DNA of 64,000 nt, from positions 62,001 to 126,000 of the IMG/VR virus record IMGVR_UViG_3300049460_000128. The stretch is one strand, 5' to 3'. Positions 55,945 to 64,000 of this stretch are shown piece by piece. The translations under genes and the position numbers were made by a program. Numbering within the stretch: position 1 is the first letter of the stretch; each line of letters begins with the position of its first letter. The notes beneath the pieces are model-generated. The model did no database searches. It was not told the DNA's origin and saw only the letters and a list, made by a program, of their open reading frames with translations.

Positions 55945-58900
55945 TCAAATAATGTTGCCGGCCACAGTTTCCAGATTACGATTGCTCTTCTGCTGTTCAC
56001 CGATCAAATCACGCATACCGCCAACCTGTTGTTGGGTACCTTGATTCAAGTTATCCATAAGCTGCATCATAGCGCCCTTGGTTTCCAAGTTGTCTTTTTG
56101 CAGCTGAAGTGCTTGAACTTTCCATTCGGACTGTTGGGCTACCAAGGCATCAGTGTTGATCTCAGGTACCGATAGAGCATCCGGCTTGGAAGGGCCGGCA
56201 TAACTTGCTGTTGACATCTTGGCCGCATTGAACATGTCAACGTTTTGATTAGCCATTAAGTCAACTGGTGTGCTGACGTTCGCAAGGGCAGTCTGACTTG
56301 CCGTGTTGAGATCTGTGAAGCTAGTGTTGACATTCTTCGTGTACTCGTCGAACTTTTGTGTGATCGGAGCAGCGAGATCTGTCTTCGGTGGTTGTACGGC
56401 CTGATTCATGGAATCCAAAGCTGCGTCGTTGCCGCCCATCAGAGACTTCCATGCACCTGTGATGCCATTCTTGATCGAACTCCATCCAGACTTCAACCAG
56501 CCTCCAATCTTTTTCCAGCTACTCCAAACTGCACCCACATACCATTTCACACCAGCACCGATTGGCCCCAATGCATCACTCGCCTTATTGAATGCACCCG
56601 CGTAATCAAAGTCCTTGATTGCATTGATGCCATTTGAAACCACACCTGAGATGCTATCCCAGTTGTTGAAGATTGCAAGTACACCACCACCGAATACAGT
56701 ACTGATTGGACCCAACATGGCACCAGCTTTACTCAAAGCTCCAGAGTAGTCAAAGTCCTTCACTGCACCAAAAGCATCCGAGGCAAAGCCTGACAGTTGT
56801 GTCCACTTTGAACCCAAGTAGTCTACACCAGCACCGAATGCGGAACCGATTGAACCCAGCATACCAGTCACTTTGCTGAATGCGCCGGCATAATCAAAGT
56901 TCTTTACGGCACTGAACGCACCAGTAACCATACCCGTGAGATCATCCCAGTTTGCATAGATGACACCAATACCAGCACCAACGGCTGCGCCGATTGGGCC
57001 CAGCATGGCACCCATACCTGCAAATTGTGCGACAGCCTGAAGCGTCTCTTTACCCTTGAAATCCGGAGCAGCATCAAGCAACATTGATGCACCCATACCC
57101 GCGATTGCACCCACACCACCCATACCAATACCGCGAACAAGTGATCCCGCACCTTTAACCACACTTGTGCCACCGCGCATCAAACCACCAGCGACTCGTG
57201 AACCCATCATACGACCCGGCACTCGACGAACGGCACCAACAGCTTTAGATGCGCCGCTTTTCGTAGCTGCCCATCCACGCGACAGGCCGGATCGTGTTGA
57301 GGTTATAGCACGCCCGGCAAAACTACTCGTACTGGTGGCTGCACGTCGAGTCATATCACCAGCCGCGTGGCCCATACGGTACATGCGACTAGCCTTTGGT
57401 GCTTCAGTTACGTGTGGAACATGTGGCGCAGATGGATGAGGAAGCTCGTGGGGCACTGCATGATTGGCATGTGACGCCGCGTCCATAATTTTACGTGCGC
57501 TGCTGGCACGACCGGTACGACGTGTTCTACGACCTTTCTTGCCCTTTTTGCCTTTCTCATTCTTATCATGGTCGAAATCAAAGTCATTACCCTTGCCGCT
57601 ATTGTTCAGGTCAACGACCCGCAGCGCCGTGCCGTTACTGAATTTTGCAAGCGCATGTTCGAACGCATTCTGGATATTATTTTGAGTCAATGGGGCACCT
57701 TCTTTCTTGCCCCCAATACCAAATTTCTCACCCAACAGATCTTTTACTCTACCGCCATATGATGCGACTGCACCACCAGCCATTTTGGCAGTTTGCCAGG
57801 CGGCCCAGGTTACCAATGCAGCACCAAAGAAGCCAATCTTGTCAGTCAGCCATCCAAACTTCTCACCCAAGTATTCAACGACAGTCAGCACTTTACTACC
57901 GAAGCTGACCAGTCCTGCTACGCCATTCGCCAATGCTTCGCCGAATGCAATCAATTTCTCAGGTGTGATATTGTCTGACAGGAATTTACCAAACTTTTCT
58001 GCCATGCCCTGAATCTTTTTAATGAACTCGTCGAATGCTGGATCATCCGCGAATTTTTCAAAGCCTTTCATCAAATTTTCAAGGCCGTTGTAGAAACCAG
58101 TACGCAGGGCGCCTGAAACCTTGTCAATGATCACACCCAGATTTTCCAAGAACTTAGTAATGTTCTTGGTTTGGGCCAATTCCTCTGGGGACTTCTTGGC
58201 CAATTCCTGCATCTCAGAGATCATATTGATCGCAGAGGCGGCCGCCTTGTTACCGGATGCCGCTTGGAATTGCAGCGTGGCCATGTTTTTCATACCCTCA
58301 GCCACGAATTTGCGGTTGAAGTCAGCCGCATCTTGGTCATTCCAGGTATTGTTGGCCACCTTTTGCGCCATGTCGTCCATCAGGTTCGTGACGCCAAACA
58401 AACCAGCCTCAATGAATGTATTACTGGCATCACTCATTATCGCACTGCCACGGCCGGCAGTTTGAGCCAACATGGTACTAAGTGTCTTACCTGCTTCGCC
58501 CGGCAATGCAGACATGTAGATGATGGCCTTGTTCATGGCTAAGCCGTAATTGTTCTGACCATCAGAATTCATCTGAAGCAATCTAGCTCGCAGGGTCTCA
58601 TCCCGCAACGCACCTGCTGCCATCTTACTGATTGCCTCGGTAGACATACCAGTCATCTGGGCCGCTTTAGCTGTCTCGATGGACAGTGACTTCATGTTGG
58701 CGGTAGTCTTCTCGGTAGTCTGGTTTGACAGATTACCATACAGACGTTGTGTTTCCAGGTACGTGCCCAATTGAGTGTTCAACTGTTCACTAGTGAGACC
58801 CAGTTGTCCAACATCCATCAAGCTGTTACGCAGACTTTTGCTCATCTCACCAAACGCATTGGCACCAATACTCGCAACCACGGTACTATTTTGTTTCAAT

Positions 58901-59397
58901 GCGTTGGCAAAGGTTGTCAGTGACATATTGGATGCCGCTGCTGCCTTTTGCATCTCCAACATGCTGCCACCAAAGGTTTGACCAATCTGTGACAGATCCT
59001 GATACGTTTTGGTTGCATCGCTCAGAGCTGACACCATTGCAGCCATTACGCCACCAGCACCGAATGCAGCGCCGAGTGCCGAGATTGCGGTTGATGCACT
59101 ACCAGCCGATGAGCTGAGCTTTTTGAATCCGTTGAGTGATGACGTTAACCCAGTATCAAGGGATTTCATTTTCTTCTGGAGAGAACCAACCACTCCACCC
59201 AAGGCTTTGTTTTGCCCGATCAGATCCTGAATTACCTTGGCGTCACCAGACTTGGAGGAGCCACCAGAACTTTTGGCTGATTTCTCACTGGCTTTGGTGT
59301 TTTTATCAGTCGCACTTGACCCTTTGAGATGCGCCCGCGTATTCGCGTTGAGCGCATCAATCATTTTGTTTAAATCGTCGCTGGTAAGATCGGCCAT
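55945..59397 (-). CDS. Tape measure protein
   Basis: 1150 aa, A/G/S-rich, helical, with WxxxSG and FDYAGA repeats; head-to-head with the hub/chaperone gene. Confidence 0.75.
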   Translation of the reverse strand: MADLTSDDLNKMIDALNANTRAHLKGSSATDKNTKASEKSAKSSGGSSKSGDAKVIQDLIGQNKALGGVVGSLQKKMKSLDTGLTSSLNGFKKLSSSAGSASTAISALGAAFGAGGVMAAMVSALSDATKTYQDLSQIGQTFGGSMLEMQKAAAASNMSLTTFANALKQNSTVVASIGANAFGEMSKSLRNSLMDVGQLGLTSEQLNTQLGTYLETQRLYGNLSNQTTEKTTANMKSLSIETAKAAQMTGMSTEAISKMAAGALRDETLRARLLQMNSDGQNNYGLAMNKAIIYMSALPGEAGKTLSTMLAQTAGRGSAIMSDASNTFIEAGLFGVTNLMDDMAQKVANNTWNDQDAADFNRKFVAEGMKNMATLQFQAASGNKAAASAINMISEMQELAKKSPEELAQTKNITKFLENLGVIIDKVSGALRTGFYNGLENLMKGFEKFADDPAFDEFIKKIQGMAEKFGKFLSDNITPEKLIAFGEALANGVAGLVSFGSKVLTVVEYLGEKFGWLTDKIGFFGAALVTWAAWQTAKMAGGAVASYGGRVKDLLGEKFGIGGKKEGAPLTQNNIQNAFEHALAKFSNGTALRVVDLNNSGKGNDFDFDHDKNEKGKKGKKGRRTRRTGRASSARKIMDAASHANHAVPHELPHPSAPHVPHVTEAPKASRMYRMGHAAGDMTRRAATSTSSFAGRAITSTRSGLSRGWAATKSGASKAVGAVRRVPGRMMGSRVAGGLMRGGTSVVKGAGSLVRGIGMGGVGAIAGMGASMLLDAAPDFKGKETLQAVAQFAGMGAMLGPIGAAVGAGIGVIYANWDDLTGMVTGAFSAVKNFDYAGAFSKVTGMLGSIGSAFGAGVDYLGSKWTQLSGFASDAFGAVKDFDYSGALSKAGAMLGPISTVFGGGVLAIFNNWDSISGVVSNGINAIKDFDYAGAFNKASDALGPIGAGVKWYVGAVWSSWKKIGGWLKSGWSSIKNGITGAWKSLMGGNDAALDSMNQAVQPPKTDLAAPITQKFDEYTKNVNTSFTDLNTASQTALANVSTPVDLMANQNVDMFNAAKMSTASYAGPSKPDALSVPEINTDALVAQQSEWKVQALQLQKDNLETKGAMMQLMDNLNQGTQQQVGGMRDLIGEQQKSNRNLETVAGNII

Positions 59398-59496
59398 AGG
59401 TCACCTGGTAATGGTTCACTAATATTTAGTCGCACTATTAAGTAGGCATTTAATTCGACTTATAAATAACCGCAATAAACTCCCAAAGAGGAAAAC

Positions 59497-60336
59497 ATGG
59501 AAAATAACAACCCGTTAGCAAAATACTTTAGACAACCTGGTTTGTCGTGCCGCCTTCCAAGTCGCGGTAATTTTCAAGATAAAGGCAATATCACTTTCAC
59601 GGCCACCGGTGAAGTGAATGTTATGCCAATGCGTGCTGCTGACGAACTGTTGCTCAAAAGCCCAGATGCTCTGATGAGCGGTCTGGCAATCGAGAAAGTA
59701 ATCGCCAGTTGCGTTGAAGTGCGCGATGTCATGCAATTGCCAACTCAGGATATTGATACATTACTGTTGGCAATTCGTTCAGCTACCTACGGCCCAATGA
59801 TGGGTATCAGTGCGGTTTGCCCTGAGTGCGAAGCTGAGAATGAATACGAAGTTGACATCAGTCATGTACTGGATACGATCGTTGAATTGGAAGAGGAATA
59901 TGTGGTACGTCTGGATGATGCTATTGTTGTATATCTGCGTCCTTTCAACTTCCACAATTCAACACAAGCCAGTTTGGTTGCATTCCAGGAAGCCCGTAAG
60001 GTGCAAATGGCCGACAACGATCATACGAGCGATGAAGAGAAACAGCGGCAGCTGAATAGCAGTTACGAACGCATCAACGTCATGAACGTTCAGATGGTTG
60101 CTGACTGTGTGCAGAAAGTAGTTGTTCCCGAAGGCGAGATCGTTGATCGCCTTCACATTTCAGAATTTATCCATAACGTGCAGAAAAAGTGGGTGGGTAT
60201 GTTGGAAGATAAGCTGAAGAATATCAATGATGCTGGTGTAAATAAAACACATCCAGTTGCTTGCACGGCTTGCAACCATGAGTGGGAAACTACCGTCGAC
60301 TTCGATCCAGCTAGTTTTTTCGGTCAAGACTCCTAA
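59497..60336 (+). CDS. Baseplate hub subunit / tail assembly chaperone (gp26-like)
   Basis: NPLAKYFRQP...LPSRG, M.AADE.LLKSPDAL..G, D.D.LL.AIR.ATYG, CPEC, C..C.HE; TATAAATA upstream. Confidence 0.75.
   Translation: MENNNPLAKYFRQPGLSCRLPSRGNFQDKGNITFTATGEVNVMPMRAADELLLKSPDALMSGLAIEKVIASCVEVRDVMQLPTQDIDTLLLAIRSATYGPMMGISAVCPECEAENEYEVDISHVLDTIVELEEEYVVRLDDAIVVYLRPFNFHNSTQASLVAFQEARKVQMADNDHTSDEEKQRQLNSSYERINVMNVQMVADCVQKVVVPEGEIVDRLHISEFIHNVQKKWVGMLEDKLKNINDAGVNKTHPVACTACNHEWETTVDFDPASFFGQDS
60315..60321 (+). other. Candidate -1 ribosomal frameshift heptamer T TTT TTC
   Basis: The -1 frame is open from 60315 to 60551, through the downstream small ORF. Confidence 0.6.
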
Positions 60337-60374
60337 ACACTCCTCCTGAAGGCATCCCGGGTATCATTACCGGG

Positions 60375-60551
60375 ATGGAAAAGGAACAAAAGGAGCTGCG
60401 CCACATTATTCACCATTTGATGTGGGCTATGCGTGGTGGACTGACTAGAGAAGAAGCTTGGACCCTTTGCTACAAAGAACGAGCTGAGCTTTTAGAGGAC
60501 GTTAAAACCCGCATGGAAGGAGTGGAAAAGACTGGTTTACCCATTATATAA
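60375..60551 (+). CDS. Small tail assembly ORF (gp51-like / 'T' ORF), 58 aa from ATG
   Basis: MEKEQKELRHIIHHLMWAMRGGLTREEAWTL...KTGLPII read from the DNA. Confidence 0.7.
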   Translation: MEKEQKELRHIIHHLMWAMRGGLTREEAWTLCYKERAELLEDVKTRMEGVEKTGLPII

Positions 60552-60592
60552 ATGGTATCGGTAGCAACAAATTTTATAAGAAGAAAAGTTTC

Positions 60593-61111
60593 ATGACATC
60601 AAAAGCAAAAATCAAAGGTAATTCGTGGGAAAATCAACTGGCGAAATATCTCAGAGTTCTCTTCCAAGGATCATTCATCCGTGTGCCAAACTCTGGTGCA
60701 TTCATTGGCGGTAAAAATGCACACCGCAAGGACAATATGTCCGACAACCAAATTCTGGCAGCTAAGGGCGACCTTCAGACACCAGACTTCATGCCCAAGC
60801 TCGTGATTGAGTGCAAGTTCTATGCTGACTTCGCATGGCACAGCTTGTTGACTCCTGGCTATGTGCCACAGCTTGATGCCTGGATTACACAGACGAAAGA
60901 GTGTATTCAGACTGGTGACTTCTGGGTTGTGGCATTCAAGATCAATCGTCGTGGTACGTTCGTGTGCTTTGATTACACGACTGCTATCGAGAATAATTTT
61001 GCATTGGGCAACCATTCCGTGTATACCAATGCTGACGGTAAGTACATCATTACCGATCTGGAAGAAATGTTCAACAACAACAAAGATACCATTCTCAAAC
61101 TTTCCGCGTAA
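60593..61111 (+). CDS. Holliday junction resolvase (Hjc-like PD-(D/E)xK)
   Basis: K.KGNSWE, RVPNSGA, GDL, IECK. Confidence 0.85.
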   Translation: MTSKAKIKGNSWENQLAKYLRVLFQGSFIRVPNSGAFIGGKNAHRKDNMSDNQILAAKGDLQTPDFMPKLVIECKFYADFAWHSLLTPGYVPQLDAWITQTKECIQTGDFWVVAFKINRRGTFVCFDYTTAIENNFALGNHSVYTNADGKYIITDLEEMFNNNKDTILKLSA

Positions 61112-61492
61112 ATGAAACGTTCAGATAAGATCATAAACTACAAACACGGCGCACGCCGCGTCAAAGCAAAACGTCGTCGTGTAAAGGCCCGTAAGCCAGT
61201 TGAAATTAAAGAGGTATCGAATCTGAACTTGAATGTACCTGACGACTTCAACTATGTGATATACTTGGACAAGACGGTTGGCTACAGTAATCGTCTTGCT
61301 GCCACGACCGCCATACGAGATTTTTCAAACCATGGTTTTTGTGGCAAATGGAATTTCACTTATAGCGTCAACAAGTATCGCCGGGGTGTGAAAATAATGG
61401 ATCGCTTGTATCTGCAAGATGAAAGCGATTTGGTGATGCTAAGATTGTGTCACAACATTGCCGTTGATCGTATTCATAATATCATTCGTTAA
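61112..61492 (+). CDS. Hypothetical protein
   Basis: Basic N-terminus; C-terminal LYLQDESDLVMLRL motif. Confidence 0.65.
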   Translation: MKRSDKIINYKHGARRVKAKRRRVKARKPVEIKEVSNLNLNVPDDFNYVIYLDKTVGYSNRLAATTAIRDFSNHGFCGKWNFTYSVNKYRRGVKIMDRLYLQDESDLVMLRLCHNIAVDRIHNIIR

Positions 61493-61517
61493 AAAGGGGA
61501 GCAACTGCTCCCCTTTT
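61491..61517. terminator. Bidirectional terminator between convergent genes
   Basis: aaaaaGGGGAGCA-ac-TGCTCCCCtttt. Confidence 0.85.
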
Positions 61518-61518
61518 G

Positions 61519-63297
61519 TTATTTCTCGCCTTCCGCGTTGAACTTCGTAAAGCCATTCTCTTTCTTGACCATCAACACATTGCTGACTCGAGCAATCAAG
61601 TCTTCTTTGTGACTGATCAGGAAGATTGACTTCTGACGTTCAGCTGCCATTTTCTTCAACAAGCCCAATGCTGCATCAGCCCCTTGTGCATCAAGACCAT
61701 TGTCCAAGTATTCGTCAACAAACAACAGGTTGATGTTTTGGTTCAACGATTCCCAGACATCACGGAATGCCCAGCTTGTGGCCAGAATAACACGATTCAT
61801 TTCACCACGGCTCAACTGTTCAAAGTCGAAGTCGCGGCCCATCAGATCGATCTCAACACTGAGGTCACTCTTGAATGTTACTTCATGTGGCAAGCCCAGT
61901 TTTTCCAGATAGTAGTTGAGACGATGATTCAACTGATTACTGTTTTGGTCAACAATCTTCTTACGGATGAACGAGTCTTTGTTGACCAGCAGCTTCAACA
62001 AGAAGTCCTGATGCTTCAACAGCGTATTCAGTTCCACCAATGCTTCATCGTCAATTGGCTGAAGGCCAGTGCTAGACAATGTGGTAATTTGTTCCGCGTA
62101 TGGATCAACACTGCTCTCTTCCCTAAAGATCGACTCCAGGATGTTGTTGATCGTGTTTTTATGTTCCAAAGCCTGCGCGAGTGTTTGATAAACAGTGCGT
62201 GGTTCGTCACCAATCGTCACCAGACCGGCGTTCAGCTCATTTATGTACTGGTATGACGCTTCCACGTCTGCAACAGCACTGGCGAGCTCTGGTTCCAACG
62301 CAATTATCTGATCCTTGATATCTTGGATCATTTTGTCATGCTTGGCATCATGGATCTCTTGACCGCACGTATGGCACTTGTGCTCTTCAGCATGGGCCAA
62401 GTTTGAAGCCAGTCGGCCCAACATCGTGTCTTTGTTGACCAGATCTTGCTCTTGACGACGCAAGTCTTTGCTTGCTTGGTTCAACAATCCAACGAGTGTT
62501 CGATAGTCGGCCAACTTGTGGTGACTATCAATCTCGTAATCGATATTGAGGTTTTGCAGTTCTTCCAATTGACTCTCAGCCGATGCAATACGACTGTGAC
62601 GTGCATTTTGCCAAGTGTTGCTCTTGTTCGTCAGGTCGTTGATCGTATTATGGATCTTTTGATTGCTGTCCTGTGCTGCCTTGATTCGATACTCTTCCTC
62701 TTTGATCGAGTCTTTGGTATTCTTGATCAACTCTTTCAAGTTCTCACTACGCAGACTGATCTGAGTAATACCCAACAGCTCTTCGATCAACACTCGCTGA
62801 TCACCTGGGCGCAGCTTCAGGAATGGTTCCGTGTATGTGTTCATTGCCACAATGTGACGGAACATGTCGTGACTGAAACCCAGAATCTTGTTGATTTCAA
62901 CCTGAGTGTGTTTGCCCTCACCCTGACCTTCATCAGTCTCAGGTTCCATCAATTGCGTGTCATTGATAAAGTACCGGAAGAACTGTGGCTTGCGACCGCG
63001 TTCAATACGGAATTGTTTGCCATTCACTTCGAAGGAAATGTTGACAACCATATTCTTGCCGTTGATACTGTTGACCAAGTTGTCTTTCTTGATGTTGCTC
63101 AGCGGGATACCAAACAAGCCAAACGAGATGGCTTGCAGGATGGTACTTTTGCCCACGCCGTTACGGCTGTTGACACCACCAACGTCCATGTTCTCACCCA
63201 AGATCAGGGTGAGTGATTGACCGTCAAGGTCAAGTGTCTGTGGCACGTTGCCGACAGACAAGAAATTGCGCATGGTTACGCTTTTGATATTCAACAT
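61519..63297 (-). CDS. gp46: Recombination endonuclease ATPase subunit (gp46, SbcC/Rad50)
   Basis: GVNSRNGVGKST Walker A, CHTC Zn hook, LSRGE signature, LLFVDE, ISH. Confidence 0.95.
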   Translation of the reverse strand: MLNIKSVTMRNFLSVGNVPQTLDLDGQSLTLILGENMDVGGVNSRNGVGKSTILQAISFGLFGIPLSNIKKDNLVNSINGKNMVVNISFEVNGKQFRIERGRKPQFFRYFINDTQLMEPETDEGQGEGKHTQVEINKILGFSHDMFRHIVAMNTYTEPFLKLRPGDQRVLIEELLGITQISLRSENLKELIKNTKDSIKEEEYRIKAAQDSNQKIHNTINDLTNKSNTWQNARHSRIASAESQLEELQNLNIDYEIDSHHKLADYRTLVGLLNQASKDLRRQEQDLVNKDTMLGRLASNLAHAEEHKCHTCGQEIHDAKHDKMIQDIKDQIIALEPELASAVADVEASYQYINELNAGLVTIGDEPRTVYQTLAQALEHKNTINNILESIFREESSVDPYAEQITTLSSTGLQPIDDEALVELNTLLKHQDFLLKLLVNKDSFIRKKIVDQNSNQLNHRLNYYLEKLGLPHEVTFKSDLSVEIDLMGRDFDFEQLSRGEMNRVILATSWAFRDVWESLNQNINLLFVDEYLDNGLDAQGADAALGLLKKMAAERQKSIFLISHKEDLIARVSNVLMVKKENGFTKFNAEGEK

Positions 63298-64000
63298 TTA
63301 CAAGAGTCCTCGATAGATTTCAATCAACACCTCGTTGGAAATGCCGCCACTCTGAACGGAGTTCAGGCCAGCTTCAACAATCTGATCGATGGACTGGAAT
63401 ACAGTCGAGTCGTCAAATTCTTGATCTTCAACGTTTGCTTTGTTGATTGGTATAAAGTCGATTTTACGAGCCCTGAAGTGGGTTGTAAAAATGTCTTTAA
63501 CGAATTGTGCTTCATCGTACGACAAATCGATATCAATGCTGGCGCGGATGTAGCTTTTGTTGACCACGAATTGCTCTGGAGTTTCAATCATCTCGCTGAG
63601 TTTCATAGTGCGATATTTAGGAGCGTCTGCCCACTCCTTAAAGATCGGCTCTTGACCCCATTCCAGGAACATGGCACCACGGTCGTCATCCCAGACGTCA
63701 CCAAAATTGAATGGGAAGATGTTGCCAATGTAGATCACCTTACCGCGTGCTTGTCGCTTGTGGAAGTGACCACTAAACACATAGTCTTGATGCACAAAAT
63801 GTTCGTGATGCAGTTCGCCATGATCTGGCATTTCAGTCATACCGTTCATGAAGAAGTGCGGCAACTCAAAGTGACCGAAGATGTATTTGCTAGTGATGTT
63901 TGGAATTGCTTTCCATTCTTCATTAACCAACCACGGCATGATCGTCACATTGCCGATAGTGAGTGGTTCTTTGACCACCACACAGTTCTCAATATTACGA
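63298..64000 (-). CDS. gp47: Recombination endonuclease nuclease subunit (gp47, SbcD/Mre11), 5' end outside the window
   Basis: PWL, FGHFEL, FSGHFHKRQ, YIGN; frame open to the window edge. Confidence 0.9.
   Translation of the reverse strand, partial: RNIENCVVVKEPLTIGNVTIMPWLVNEEWKAIPNITSKYIFGHFELPHFFMNGMTEMPDHGELHHEHFVHQDYVFSGHFHKRQARGKVIYIGNIFPFNFGDVWDDDRGAMFLEWGQEPIFKEWADAPKYRTMKLSEMIETPEQFVVNKSYIRASIDIDLSYDEAQFVKDIFTTHFRARKIDFIPINKANVEDQEFDDSTVFQSIDQIVEAGLNSVQSGGISNEVLIEIYRGLL

Noticed and set aside
62446-63216. 256-aa plus-strand ORF
   Set aside because: Shadow of gp46
1-64000. Stop-codon reassignment or introns/inteins in core genes
   Set aside because: TerL, portal, MCP, sheath and gp46 are intact in the standard code, with no insertions carrying intein or group I motifs

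Overview
This 64 kb window comes from a large T4-like (jumbo-type) myovirus genome. It carries most of the morphogenesis genes: TerL, a putative TerS, gp4, a tube initiator, tube, sheath, gp15, gp14, gp13, MCP, scaffold, prohead protease, portal, tape measure and a baseplate-hub/tail-chaperone pair. It also carries an M15 endolysin, dNMP kinase, a Holliday resolvase, gp46 and a partial gp47, and TAAATA late-promoter boxes sit in front of many of these genes. A ~29 kb accessory region (about 18.7-48.3 kb) interrupts the structural genes and holds the most unusual content. (1) Two related modification cassettes, each behind a TAAATA box, pair a subtilisin (S8) protease with a paralogous PP-loop ATP pyrophosphatase. 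One S8 ends in a 10-Cys/35-aa tail and is followed by UDP-glucose dehydrogenase. The other is surrounded by five 2OG-Fe(II) oxygenases and a QueC-like enzyme. Together they suggest a RiPP-like or virion-protein tailoring system. (2) About 22 short, highly divergent ORFs share a C-terminal (D/E)DxDWxMAxL helix motif. (3) A second, ATPase-only TerL copy has degenerate Walker motifs. (4) There is a NadE/Pth2/DEDD operon and a late-expressed protein kinase. Other signals are a candidate structured ncRNA upstream of the tube gene, a TTTTTTC -1 frameshift site in the tail chaperone pair, and a duplicated 23-bp intergenic element followed each time by strong G+T strand skew (candidate origins). No tRNA, rRNA or CRISPR array was seen. 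All family calls come from motif recognition by eye; no searches were run.
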